The translations under genes were made by a program, and so were the position numbers. The notes beneath the pieces were generated by a model. That model saw nothing but the letters and a program-made list of their open reading frames with translations, searched no databases and was not told the DNA's origin. This document shows, piece after piece, positions 40,774 through 50,420 of a stretch of 59,843 nt of DNA. Origin of the DNA: a bacterium (GTDB lineage Bacteria > Patescibacteriota > Minisyncoccia > UBA6257 > GWB1-50-10); contig JAUSKB010000016.1 in NCBI GenBank assembly GCA_030647415.1, positions 1 through 59,843 on the forward strand. Reading direction: 5' to 3'. Within the stretch, counting starts at the first letter, position 1, and each line of letters begins with the position of its first letter.

Positions 40774-42063
40774 CTATGGTTGCGCGATAAGCCACCGGGC
40801 GCGGCGGCGCAGAAGCTGGTTTAAGATACCATACTCGCGGCGGGCATACGGGTACATCACCGCGGCAAACGTCTCCGCAGAAAACGTAGTGCTCGCCTCG
40901 CTCCGCCATGGAGGGGCGGGGCGGGGCGGGCCTTCGCCCCGCCAAAGCGGGCTCCGGCACCGCGAAGGCGGGGCGTTCCCGACGACGGTAAACCCCCGTG
41001 CGGAACAGACCTGATCCGCCGAGATGCAGGAGATGGGCGCATGAGACAGGAGCGTCTGAAACCGCGGCACCGAGGCTCGAAAATGGACCAAGCGGTCACC
41101 CGCGGACCTATCCACCGCTGCATCATGGGCAGGTTTGCTGCCAGAAACTTTTATTGAGGTGAGCTTCCGCTTCCCGGAAAGTCCGTCAATGTACTCCAGT
41201 AGTTGCGTAGCTTTCAGCCGAAGCACCCGGTCGACCGCACGCGCAAATCGCTCTGATGTCCTGCCATGGGCGACCGCGGTGAGTAGTTCCCGTGCCACCA
41301 GCGGGGAGCTCATGAAATGTTCCGCAACCGCAGTAATGACCGAGGCGGCACCCCAGTCAAATTCGCGCAGAAACGCCAGATCTTCATCGCGCCGGATAAA
41401 CACGGTCGTTCGCTGTTCGCCGACATCGAGCAGGTACCCTCCCGAACCCTTGAGGAGGGTGCTCGCGAGGAGGCTCCCCCGCTCGGCGACGGTAAGTTCG
41501 CCGACCCAGCCGTGGAATCGATTGAACGCTTCCGCGAGCGTTCGGGGCACGAACGTACCGCGGAACCCCACCGCGAGCACACCGCCCCGGAACCCGATCG
41601 GATTCAAGAGCCGATGCCCATCAAGGGAGACGTTAATCACCTCGATTGCGGCGAGCGTGAGATCGAGGTCGGCGATGTCCATTTTTTTCGCCGCCCAGGA
41701 CCGGTACCGATTCAGGAACTCCCACAGCGCCTTAAAGACGAGCGTGTCGAGCTCCCCCTCGTCGATGGGACGCTCGATGACCTCACGCCGCACGCGCGCG
41801 ATACTCTCGACGGTCGTTGCGCGACGGCCGTCGAGCACCACGACACCTCGGTCGAATGGAAATAGTCGCCGGCGAACGCTCCGAAAGTCATTCGCGTGGT
41901 ACGGCGTCCCAAGCGCAACCCGTTGCTCCACATGGTCAACGGTCGCCGGCGTGACCGTGAATCCGCGCCCCGCCTCGTCGGAGTCCGCCTCCTCAATGAC
42001 GATAAAATGCTCCCGAGCGCGTTTCAGGATGGTCCCAATCCGTTCTCCAAGTGTCGCCATCAC
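40774..42063 (-). CDS. actin-fold FtsA/PilM-like protein
   Basis: ...GGYLLDVGEQRTTVFIRRDEDLAFLREFDWGAASVITAVAEHF... is the typical phosphate-2/adenosine region of FtsA/PilM. The C-terminus has a basic amphipathic tail. Confidence 0.55.
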   Translation of the reverse strand: MMATLGERIGTILKRAREHFIVIEEADSDEAGRGFTVTPATVDHVEQRVALGTPYHANDFRSVRRRLFPFDRGVVVLDGRRATTVESIARVRREVIERPIDEGELDTLVFKALWEFLNRYRSWAAKKMDIADLDLTLAAIEVINVSLDGHRLLNPIGFRGGVLAVGFRGTFVPRTLAEAFNRFHGWVGELTVAERGSLLASTLLKGSGGYLLDVGEQRTTVFIRRDEDLAFLREFDWGAASVITAVAEHFMSSPLVARELLTAVAHGRTSERFARAVDRVLRLKATQLLEYIDGLSGKRKLTSIKVSGSKPAHDAAVDRSAGDRLVHFRASVPRFQTLLSHAPISCISADQVCSARGFTVVGNAPPSRCRSPLWRGEGPPRPAPPWRSEASTTFSAETFAAVMYPYARREYGILNQLLRRRARWLIAQP

Positions 42064-42073
42064 CGTGCTTCTA

Positions 42074-42182
42074 GTTTACCCTGTTAGGGTTTTACACACA
42101 AATTTTTCCGGATAAAAACCTATGTTCTGACACAAAAAAAACACCAGGACGCGGATTGCTCGTAAAACCCTAACGGGGTATA
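42074..42182. repeat. TIR element family F4, copy 5
   Basis: Arms gtttaccctgttagggttttaca / cgtaaaaccctaacggggtatac. It lies 11 nt upstream of the ATG at 42063. Confidence 0.85.
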
Positions 42183-42250
42183 CCGTAGACAGTAACGCGT
42201 ATACAGTCACCATCTTCCTGTGTCTCTCGTTTCTTCTCTCTTGTCGCTGT

Positions 42251-43609
42251 CTACGCTTCCTCCGCCGCGATGAGCCGCTTTGCGGCGTCCGCGGGGATCG
42301 AGTACCGCTCCCGCGACGCATTGATGATCTCTTGCCTGAACGAGCGGTGCGGCGGCGGCAGGACTCGTAGTGTCTCCGCCGAAAACGGGTCGTAGGTGTC
42401 GCCGTCGATGGTCATCTTCACATAGAACTGCTGCATGCCGAGATTGATCATGTCCTTTGCCTTAAAGACCGGCGTCATTTCCGCCTCGAGCTCTGCGGCA
42501 TCCTGCCCGCCGACACGAAAAATGATCATAGAACCGACGTTCCCCAGAACCGCGCTCCGGACCCCCGCGATGAGTTGACCCATGTACTGGTGCGCCATCG
42601 TGAGGCACAGCCCATACTTCCGTGCCTCGGAAAGAAGGTTCTCGAACGTCTCCGTGACCAAGTTGTGGAACTCGTCCATATAGAGGTAGAAGTCGCGCCG
42701 GTCGCGCTCCGCGAGCGCGGCGCGCGCCATACCTGCCTGCTTGATCTTCGTGATGAACATAGAACCGAAGAAGCTCGCGTTTTCCTCGCCGAGCTTCCCC
42801 TTCGAAAGGTTGATGAGGATGATCTTCCTCTCGTTCATAAGTTGCTCCAGGTTCACCTTGTTCTCCTTCTGGCCAAAGATGTTCCGAAGAAGCGGGTTCG
42901 AGAGAAACTGGCCGAGTTTGTTCACCAGCGGGATGATGGCATCAGTGTCAAACTTCTCGGACCAATCAGCGAACTCGATGGCCCAGAAGCGCTTCACCAT
43001 GTCATCCTCGATGTACTCTACCACCTTCTGCCGGTAGTTCCGGTCCTTCAGGAGCATGATCATCCCCCGCATCGTCGCGTGCGGGTAGTCGAGGAGCGCG
43101 AGGCAGGCGAACCGGAAGACGTGCTCGAGCCGCGGCGTCCAGTTCGCGCCGAACTGCTTCTCCATGACCTCGATGAGCCCTTGCGTCAGCTGGTGTTTGA
43201 ATGAGGGGTCGACGTTTGCGAGCGGATTGAATGAGGCGGGGAACTCAGTGTCCGCGGGGTTAATGATGCAAACATCCCGCATGCGCTCCTCGGGAATGAA
43301 GTCGAGCATCGCGTCGATGACGTCGCCGTGCGGGTCCATAAGACAGAACCCGTGACTGTACGCAACGTCCTGCCGCATCATGAGTTCCAGGAGCTTTGAC
43401 TTCCCCACGCCGCTCTTCCCGATGACGTAGAGGTGCCGCTGCCGATCCGTGCGCTTGATACCGAAGATGAATTTCTTCTCCTCGAGCGCGGCGACGTAGT
43501 TCGTGCGCCCGATGAACGAGACCTCGGCCGGCGGCACGCGGCCGTAGACCGGCAATTCCGGTGGCGGCGGCGCGTACTTGATGAGTTGGATCTTGGAGCT
43601 ATTGGCCAT
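42251..43609 (-). CDS. VirD4/TraG/TraD-like P-loop ATPase (T4SS coupling-protein-like)
   Basis: Walker A YVIGKSGVGKSKLL, Walker B FYLYMDEFHN, and the C-terminal motif GNVGSMIIFRVGGQDA. No TM segment. Confidence 0.65.
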   Translation of the reverse strand: MANSSKIQLIKYAPPPPELPVYGRVPPAEVSFIGRTNYVAALEEKKFIFGIKRTDRQRHLYVIGKSGVGKSKLLELMMRQDVAYSHGFCLMDPHGDVIDAMLDFIPEERMRDVCIINPADTEFPASFNPLANVDPSFKHQLTQGLIEVMEKQFGANWTPRLEHVFRFACLALLDYPHATMRGMIMLLKDRNYRQKVVEYIEDDMVKRFWAIEFADWSEKFDTDAIIPLVNKLGQFLSNPLLRNIFGQKENKVNLEQLMNERKIILINLSKGKLGEENASFFGSMFITKIKQAGMARAALAERDRRDFYLYMDEFHNLVTETFENLLSEARKYGLCLTMAHQYMGQLIAGVRSAVLGNVGSMIIFRVGGQDAAELEAEMTPVFKAKDMINLGMQQFYVKMTIDGDTYDPFSAETLRVLPPPHRSFRQEIINASRERYSIPADAAKRLIAAEEA

Positions 43610-43617
43610 GCAACTAT

Positions 43618-43720
43618 GATACTAATATACGAATGGTACGAATGATACTAATGGATACGAATGGGAATCTATTGGTAGTATTCGTATCATTCGAATGCAT
43701 TCGTATATTGGTATCACGCT
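43618..43720. repeat. palindrome family C, copy C4
   Basis: gatactaatatacgaatggtacgaatgatactaatggatacgaatggg ... gtagtattcgtatcattcgaatgcattcgtatattggtatc. It fills the gap between the ATPase start and the upstream stop. Confidence 0.88.
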
Positions 43721-44224
43721 TCATTCGAGAACCCCGAGCTCCGTGAGGAACTTTTGGTACGAACGAAGCGCGTGCTTCGTGTCATGCTCAGATACATCGA
43801 AGTCCGGCGTGTGCACCAGCTCGTTCCGGAGCCGGTGCGCGCGCCACAAATTATCGAGTGTGGCGAGCTCCGCGCCGTTCAATGACTCCAGCCGATCGGC
43901 CATATGCTCGCCCGGGTACCCGATGCGCTGGAGAATGCTGTCGGTGAACTTATCTGCCTCAATGATCGCGAGCGCGTATGACTGTGGCGGATTCCGGTCC
44001 GCTTGCTCGAGTATATGAAGCCACTGCTCGCGAACCTTTGGATCACCGAGTACCGGCCGCTTCCTCGCCGCCTGCAAATTTCGGACAAACGTCGGCCGAT
44101 ACTCGAGCTCCTTCAAAAATGAGTATACGAACACCGCAAAGAGCACGAGGTCCAAAAAAATGATTACGCCCCGAATGGTGAAAATGGCGCGTCCCCAGTT
44201 GATGCTGCCGATAAATTCAAACAT
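43721..44224 (-). CDS. hypothetical single-pass membrane protein
   Basis: The ATG at 44222-44224 overlaps the upstream stop by 8 nt. MFEFIGSINWGRAIFTIRGVIIFLDLVLFAVFVYSF... Confidence 0.55.
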   Translation of the reverse strand: MFEFIGSINWGRAIFTIRGVIIFLDLVLFAVFVYSFLKELEYRPTFVRNLQAARKRPVLGDPKVREQWLHILEQADRNPPQSYALAIIEADKFTDSILQRIGYPGEHMADRLESLNGAELATLDNLWRAHRLRNELVHTPDFDVSEHDTKHALRSYQKFLTELGVLE

Positions 44225-45626
44225 AGTGTTCGATTTCCCCCTCCTCGCCGAAGATTGCGAGTCCCGACGGCGGACCAGCTTTCTTGCTCTCCACACGCTT
44301 GATGTGTGGTGCGGTGAGCACGCCCGCGGTCGGCGGATGGAAGAGTGTCGCAACACACTTCGTCGTCAAGAGAAACCGCTTCGACGCAAAGTTAAGGTTG
44401 AGGGGGGAAGACGTAACGAGTTTCCCCCACCACGTCGCTGGCGGAACCTCGCGCTGCAGGAAATTCCAAAAAAACCGCTGCCGCCGGTAACTGGTTCGCC
44501 GTCGCGCGCGCACGTGCGGCCACTTCCACGGGTTTGCCTTCACCCCCGCATTCGAGTTCGATTTGAATCCATTTAAATCGGACGCGGTGTACTGATTGAA
44601 CGCGCCAACGATGCCGCTCTTCACCACCGCGTCGTTGAATAGGCTGACGGGGGCGGCATAGAAGCAACGAATCAGGGTATCGAACGCCGGTTTCGAGAGA
44701 TTCCCCTCAACCGCCTCAAGCACTTCGAGCTGGCGCGGCGATCGAGCAACTGGCGCCTGACGCTTACTTTCGTCATCGCTGGCAACCTCGATGGTTGCCG
44801 GTTTCCGAAGGTTCGCGAGGAATGGTTCCCACCGCGTACCCCATTCTGGATCCGCCGGCGCAACGAGCAACTGCACCGCCGCAACCTCCTCACCCTTGAG
44901 TGACCCGAACACCTCGAGGAGCACCGAGATGGGGTCGAACTGCTCCTCCTCTGCCTCGCGCGCGAATGCATCATACGTCTTAATGGGGTACGCCTCCTCC
45001 CGAAGTAGGATGAGTTCGGTCCCCCAGAAGTCCCACCCCCGCGCTACCATGTCGGCATCTGATGTGGGGAGTCGGCCGAGATAGTCCTCTGTTTCGCGGA
45101 CCTCAACGTCGGTGTAGTATGAAAACAGTGCGATTTTCACCATGTGCTGCTGTTTTTTCTGGCACCGGATATAGAAATGGACCTCTCCTCCAAAACTCAC
45201 CACCTCAAGAGAGATGGGAATGACAAATTTCCCATCCCAGAATTCCTCCACGATATTGTCAGGGTCGCCACGAACTGACTGAAAGGTCTGGAGCACCTGC
45301 TCCATCGCCTGCGGACTCTTCGTAACCTCGCGCGGCATGTGAAGCTCGAGGAGCACGAATTCAAGCGAGTGCTTGAATAGCTCCTGCCGCCAATGCTTCC
45401 AGGCTCCGGCGGTAAGCGGCACGAGTAGAAAAAACGCCCATAACCACCACGTACGCAAAAGGAACCGAAACACTTCGAGGAGTACCGGCATGAGAAAAAC
45501 GTCGGGAAGCACGAACGCGCTCCCCGCCCCGGTGAGGGCAAGGAGGGCGACGAGCCACCATGCCTCCGGCTTCTGGAAAAACTCGGCAATCAGACCGAAT
45601 ATGTCGTGGAAAACACCCTTGATCAT
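44217..45626 (-). CDS. hypothetical membrane protein co-operonic with the VirD4-like ATPase
   Basis: 469 aa: three N-terminal TM helices, then a large soluble domain. No family was recognised. Confidence 0.6.
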   Translation of the reverse strand: MIKGVFHDIFGLIAEFFQKPEAWWLVALLALTGAGSAFVLPDVFLMPVLLEVFRFLLRTWWLWAFFLLVPLTAGAWKHWRQELFKHSLEFVLLELHMPREVTKSPQAMEQVLQTFQSVRGDPDNIVEEFWDGKFVIPISLEVVSFGGEVHFYIRCQKKQQHMVKIALFSYYTDVEVRETEDYLGRLPTSDADMVARGWDFWGTELILLREEAYPIKTYDAFAREAEEEQFDPISVLLEVFGSLKGEEVAAVQLLVAPADPEWGTRWEPFLANLRKPATIEVASDDESKRQAPVARSPRQLEVLEAVEGNLSKPAFDTLIRCFYAAPVSLFNDAVVKSGIVGAFNQYTASDLNGFKSNSNAGVKANPWKWPHVRARRRTSYRRQRFFWNFLQREVPPATWWGKLVTSSPLNLNFASKRFLLTTKCVATLFHPPTAGVLTAPHIKRVESKKAGPPSGLAIFGEEGEIEHYV

Positions 45627-45733
45627 GCGTGTAACGGCTGTGTACCCATTATAGACTCATTGCCCATGAAACGGAAAACTCCCTGTGGGGAGTCTTCTCG
45701 TGTTTTCCTATTACTTTTTACCTCTTACTATCC

Positions 45734-46759
45734 TTACGCCTCCTTCGTGTGGTAGCGGCCGTCCTCGAGGCGCTTGAAAAACTTCCGGTTCTGGAGCGCC
45801 AGAAGAATGGTATTTTCCTTCAGGAACCGTTCCTGGTTCACCCGCGTCACTACCTCGTGCGCCTGAAGCGGCCCGTTCTTCTTCAAGAGCCGGGCAACCA
45901 CCTCGCGGACCGTACCGGGCTGGTACCCCTGCTCGCGAAGTCCGTAGATGCCGCGACCCACCAGCACGAACCGGTCGTCCTTAATGAGCTCGTTGTGCAC
46001 CGTCTGCACGTGCGCAGTCTTCTTATCGATGCCGAGCTTCGAAATGTTTTTCGAAATGTCCTCGAAGTGAAGCGGCGAGGAACTCTTTCGGAGCACCAGG
46101 TACGCCTTGTCGCGGACCGTCTTCGGAGCGATTTCGGGCCACTCGACAAGCCCGACATCGCCGAACACGTTCACACCGAAGTGCTTGGGGATGGAGAGGA
46201 GGTGCGCCGACGCGGGGTCCTTCGCCACCGCGAGGTACACCTTCCGGTCGAAGAACTCCTGCCGGTCGGTGGTCTTGAAAACGCTCGTCGCGTGCTTCAC
46301 AAACTCCGTGAACTTCTTGTGCGCCGCATCGTCCGCATACCAGTACGCGTTCGTTGTGTCGTCCTCTTTTCGGTACGACGGCGCACCGGCCGCGAACAGT
46401 ACGAACCGAATCTTTTGGTCGAGGTGCTTCGTATTCGAGCCGGCGAAAAACTTCTGCCGGATGTCCTTGATGAATTCCACATCGCTCCGGACCCCGCCGA
46501 CCGCGGCGAGGTGCGCCACGACCAACTGCACGAACGGTCCCTCCGACACCTTCAGTGCGCCACCGAGCTTTTTCATCGCCTGCTCCTGGATCTGGCGGAC
46601 GCGCTCGCGCGTGATGCCGAGTTCGTCCCCGACGGCCTGCAGCGTCGCCGCCTTCCCGGTCTTCAGACCGAAGCGCGACAAAAGAACCTTCCGCTGGTTC
46701 TGCGTGAAGTCCGTGAAGACCGTTTCGAGAAATTGATCGACGTTCTTAATCATAGGCAT
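45734..46759 (-). CDS. sigma-70 region-4-like HTH plus HARE-HTH domain protein
   Basis: N-terminus RKVLLSRFGLKTGKAATLQAVGDELGITRERVRQIQEQAMKKL (sigma r4). C-terminus ...IKDDRFVLVGRGIYGLRE (HARE-HTH-type motif). Confidence 0.6.
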   Translation of the reverse strand: MPMIKNVDQFLETVFTDFTQNQRKVLLSRFGLKTGKAATLQAVGDELGITRERVRQIQEQAMKKLGGALKVSEGPFVQLVVAHLAAVGGVRSDVEFIKDIRQKFFAGSNTKHLDQKIRFVLFAAGAPSYRKEDDTTNAYWYADDAAHKKFTEFVKHATSVFKTTDRQEFFDRKVYLAVAKDPASAHLLSIPKHFGVNVFGDVGLVEWPEIAPKTVRDKAYLVLRKSSSPLHFEDISKNISKLGIDKKTAHVQTVHNELIKDDRFVLVGRGIYGLREQGYQPGTVREVVARLLKKNGPLQAHEVVTRVNQERFLKENTILLALQNRKFFKRLEDGRYHTKEA

Positions 46760-46977
46760 ACTGGTACGGTACTACAGATACCATATCTCCGTCAAGTAAA
46801 ACCACCGCTGTGGAAAACTATGGCCGGTTCTCGGTCCATCGTTTGCGAGAATATTACCATACATAGCACAAATGTGTCAAGTACTTGCCTCAAACAACGC
46901 CTCGGCGGCCCCCCCCGATTGTCGAATATACCGCTCATGACGCTACTTTTTGCCTTTTCAGTGCAGGTTGTAGCACG

Positions 46978-47006
46978 AAAAACAGCCGCCTCAGGCGCCT
47001 GTTTTT
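46978..47006. terminator. bidirectional terminator-like stem-loop
   Basis: aaaaacagccgcc-tca-ggcgcctgttttt (one mismatch in the stem). Confidence 0.5.
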
Positions 47007-47383
47007 CGATCCCGCTTTCCGATAATCCCGGTTAGAAACCAGGTGGGTCCCCGCAGTCCGGCACGTATGAAAACAATTGGAAAGAGTTCTCAATGATGTC
47101 GGGCAATTGGTAAGGGTCCCTATGGAAATTGCTTGATCCGGAATCAGAGAAGCGGGACATCCATACTATACACCAGGAATTTTGCCGCCAGCTCATTCGG
47201 AGGTGCATAACTCCATTGACGGAACATCCTCGATGTTGTCCTATCGATACCTGAAAACCTTTGTCTCCACCGCCGCGTTTTCCGGATCCCGTTGACAGAA
47301 ATCGGCGGAATGGATGGGAATCCGCCGTGGTGTCAACTGCATGCCGCATCCCGGCACTTGACCGATTTCGGGGAGCTCCGAAA

Positions 47384-47881
47384 TTATTTTCCGTTCACGA
47401 TGCAATCCACAGCGCGAATCTCATCCAGGATGCCGGGGATGAGTTCGTAGTTCTTCCCCTCGTCGGGCGTGATCCATGCGGAATCCGTCATGTCCTTCCC
47501 TAGCTTCACCTCGCCGCCTGCATACCGGCACCAGTAGGAGAGCACAAGCACCGGAACGTCATCCGGCCGGATGAATGTCATGTCCGTAAGGTATGAAAAA
47601 TCTTTCACGGTGAGCCCGCACTCCTCCGCAATCTCCTTCGCGAGCGTCGCGGGAACAATGTCGTACCAATGGTGCGTGCCCTCGGTCTTCGGCAGGTGCT
47701 CATACTCGTGCCGCACGAGTTTCCCGCCGGGCACCGTCCACGCGCCGGGGTACGCCACCTCGCGCTCCGAGCGCTTCAGGATGAGATATTTCCCCTCCCG
47801 TTCGATGATACCCGTCACCGTGACGATATGAAGCCGTGGGTCAGGTTTACCCTGAGCAACGTCGAAGGGTTTGTTTTCCAT
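47384..47881 (-). CDS. NUDIX hydrolase
   Basis: Nudix-box-like GGKLV...LAKEIAEECGL with an unusually long insert inside the box. Confidence 0.65.
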   Translation of the reverse strand: MENKPFDVAQGKPDPRLHIVTVTGIIEREGKYLILKRSEREVAYPGAWTVPGGKLVRHEYEHLPKTEGTHHWYDIVPATLAKEIAEECGLTVKDFSYLTDMTFIRPDDVPVLVLSYWCRYAGGEVKLGKDMTDSAWITPDEGKNYELIPGILDEIRAVDCIVNGK

Positions 47882-47884
47882 GAG

Positions 47885-48475
47885 TTATTCGTCAACTCCG
47901 AACCGCTTGTACTCGAACTTCACGAGCTTCCCGAACCAGTGCTCAATCTCGTGTCTCGCCTCCTCCGGCGTCTCCGACGCGTGCATTAGGTTCATCACCG
48001 CCCGTTTTTCCTTGTTCGCCAGCGCCGGCGAATCAATGGAATAATCGCCGCGAATCGTCCCCATGTCTGCGTTCACCGGCAATGTCACGCCGGCAATCTT
48101 CCGCACCATATCTACCGCGTGGACACCCTGCACAACCATGCGGACCAGAGGCGCCGAGTCCATGTAGTCGAGGAGCCACCCGCGCACTTTTTTCCCGATT
48201 GCGAGCGCGTCCGTCGTGCCAACCTCCGTCATGGGGTCGTACCCATACTTTTCGTACGTCGCGAGCGTCTTCCCGCCGAGACGCGCAATCCATGCCTCGT
48301 CCTTCGGGTAGTGGTCGTCGAGCTGCGAGCGGGTCGGCTTGAACATCTCGATTGCCACAACTTTCAGGTCCCGCTGCTCGATGCGGCGGATAATCTCGCC
48401 CACGAGCCCCTTCCGGACCCCGTCGGGCTTCACCATCACGAATGTGAGTTCTTCTTTCGGATGTCTTGTGTGCAT
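47885..48475 (-). CDS. ndk: nucleoside-diphosphate kinase (with an about 45-aa insertion)
   Basis: ELTFVMVKPDGVRKGLVGEIIRRIE..., NLMHASETPEEARHEIEHWF. 196 aa, longer than the usual approximately 140-150. Confidence 0.85.
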   Translation of the reverse strand: MHTRHPKEELTFVMVKPDGVRKGLVGEIIRRIEQRDLKVVAIEMFKPTRSQLDDHYPKDEAWIARLGGKTLATYEKYGYDPMTEVGTTDALAIGKKVRGWLLDYMDSAPLVRMVVQGVHAVDMVRKIAGVTLPVNADMGTIRGDYSIDSPALANKEKRAVMNLMHASETPEEARHEIEHWFGKLVKFEYKRFGVDE

Positions 48476-48506
48476 CTGTTGTTGGTCGTCGGTTGTTTGT
48501 TGTCGG

Positions 48507-49928
48507 TTATTCTTCTCCCGTCTCCACCTTGATGGAGAGTTCGTGAAGCTGAGTAAGCGTTGCCTCCGAAGGTGCGTCCATCACCGCAATCTGGCCGCTC
48601 GAGGTCGCCGGAAAGGCCATCACCTCGCGGATACTCGATTCTCCCAGGAGCACCATCATGAGCCGGTCGATGCCTGGCGCGATGCCGCCGTGGGGCGGGA
48701 CGCCGTGGCGGAACGCCGTAAGCATGTGGTCGAACTGCGCTTTTTGTGTCGCGTTGAAGCCGATGAGGTCAAATACTTTCTCCTGCACCTCCGGGCGGTG
48801 GATACGGATGCTTCCCCCGCCGACCTCGTAGCCGTTCAGGACCATGTCGTGCTGGAGGCCGCGGACCTTCGTGGGATCGGTATCGAGAAGTGGTACGTCG
48901 TCGGGGTGCGGCGCCGTGAACATGTGGTGCGACGGGGCGAACTTCGCCGCCCCCGAGCCATGAAAGAAATCCTCCTTCGACTGCTCGGTGAAGAGCGGAA
49001 AATCAATGGTCCAGGAAAATGCGAGCTCGTTCGGGTCTTTTTTGTCCTTCCGAAGGTCCGGTTTGTCCGTACCGTACGTCGCTACCGCCTCCGTATGGGA
49101 GAGCCGCGGCCACGGCTTCTTCGTGATGTGCTTCTCGGGGAAGATGGATTCGGCGAGCTTCGTGAACAGGTCTTCGGCGAGCCGGAGAATATCCTCCTGC
49201 GTCACGAACGACATCTCGAGGTCGAGCTGGGTGAACTCCCCGTACGCCCGGTCCGCGCGTGGGTCCTCGTCGCGGAAACAGCGCGCAATCTGGAAGTACC
49301 GCTCGAATCCCGCAACCATGAGGAGCTGTTTGTACTGCTGGGGCGACTGTGGGAGGGCATAAAACTTGCCGGGCTGGAGGCGGGAGGGCACGAGGAAATC
49401 GCGCGCGCCCTCGGGTGTGGTCTTCGTAAGAATGGGCGTCTCTATCTCGGTGAATCCCTCGTTCGAGAGATACTCCCGGATGAACCGGACCGCCGCATGC
49501 CGAAGCTTCAGGTTTTTCTGCATCCGCGGCCGGCGGAGGTCAAGGTAGCGGTACTTGAGGCGAAGCTGCTCGTCCACATCGTGGCCGTCGGTGTCGAGCG
49601 GGAAGGGCGGGGTTTTCGCCTCATTCAAAACCTCGATCGCGGTGACCGAAACCTCGTACGCGCCGTTCGGGAGATTCGGATTCTCCATGCCCGCCGGGCG
49701 TTTCTTCACCATACCGGTGAGCCGCACCACCCACTCGCTCCGGAGCGTCTGGCCCACCTCATGCGCCGCGACCTCCTTGGGCGTGAAGACAACCTGCGCG
49801 ATGCCGCTTCGGTCCCGGAGGTCTATAAAAACAAGCTTCCCGTGGTCGCGCCGGACATCCACCCATCCCTCGAGCGTGACCTGCTCGCTCTCATGGGCGC
49901 CGATGTCCTTTGTGAGGGTTCGTTTCAT
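48507..49928 (-). CDS. aspS: aspartyl-tRNA synthetase (short, no GAD insertion)
   Basis: OB domain (VTLEGWVDVRRDHGKLVFIDLRDRSG) and class II motifs (FRDEDPRADRAYGEFTQLDLEMSF; GGIAPGIDRL). The likely start is MKRTLTKD at 49928. Confidence 0.93.
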   Translation of the reverse strand: MKRTLTKDIGAHESEQVTLEGWVDVRRDHGKLVFIDLRDRSGIAQVVFTPKEVAAHEVGQTLRSEWVVRLTGMVKKRPAGMENPNLPNGAYEVSVTAIEVLNEAKTPPFPLDTDGHDVDEQLRLKYRYLDLRRPRMQKNLKLRHAAVRFIREYLSNEGFTEIETPILTKTTPEGARDFLVPSRLQPGKFYALPQSPQQYKQLLMVAGFERYFQIARCFRDEDPRADRAYGEFTQLDLEMSFVTQEDILRLAEDLFTKLAESIFPEKHITKKPWPRLSHTEAVATYGTDKPDLRKDKKDPNELAFSWTIDFPLFTEQSKEDFFHGSGAAKFAPSHHMFTAPHPDDVPLLDTDPTKVRGLQHDMVLNGYEVGGGSIRIHRPEVQEKVFDLIGFNATQKAQFDHMLTAFRHGVPPHGGIAPGIDRLMMVLLGESSIREVMAFPATSSGQIAVMDAPSEATLTQLHELSIKVETGEE

Positions 49929-50046
49929 TCCTTCATAGTAATATCGGAGACGTCCGACGTCCAATGGACATCGGGCGTCCGAATATTAGGTTCCATGAGT
50001 TTCTGACCACAACAAAAAAGGAGCGGTTTCCCGCTCCTTGCAACCA

Positions 50047-50283
50047 TCATCTTTGTAAAATCTCGACTTCCGGATACCTTGCGGGATCGAATCCGCGGAG
50101 CTTGATCTCCTTGAGGATTAAATCATTCACAAAAGAAGTGAAACTGTTATTTTTCGTCTTAAGGTTCTGCTGGCTAACAAAAATTTTCACATATTGCGAC
50201 AGGTTCTTAGGGAGAAAAATGGTGGTCCTTTTCTTCTCTCCATACAACATGAACACTTCCGCTTCCGGTCTGCCCCTTTTCAT
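50047..50283 (-). CDS. small ribbon-helix-helix-like protein (cassette gene)
   Basis: The ATG at 50281-50283 is preceded by GGAGG. MKRGRPEAEVFMLYGEKKRTTIFLPKNLSQYVKIF... has a beta-strand then helices, typical of CopG/RHH. Low GC. Confidence 0.45.
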   Translation of the reverse strand: MKRGRPEAEVFMLYGEKKRTTIFLPKNLSQYVKIFVSQQNLKTKNNSFTSFVNDLILKEIKLRGFDPARYPEVEILQR

Positions 50284-50420
50284 ATTTTCCTCCATTGTTA
50301 ATGTCCCATTGAAAAATGTATTTTATTGTTATCACTCTTTTATTCTCGTGTCAACCATGTTTTATTACAACATATTCGAATTTACAGAGGCGAAGCCTCT
50401 GTGTGCAAGCCTCTGTGTGC

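Noticed and set aside
40900-40975. GC-rich run gaggggcggggcggggcgggccttcgccccgcc... in the C-terminus of the FtsA-like gene, as another inserted palindromic element.
   Set aside because: Only short, partly overlapping complementary runs were seen. No second copy was found in the window and there are no clear termini, so the evidence is insufficient to call an element.
47032-47349. 105-aa minus-strand ORF.
   Set aside because: It has an odd composition (Trp/Cys/His-rich), no SD and no recognisable family. It is kept only as part of the unexplained-gap finding and is not called as a CDS.
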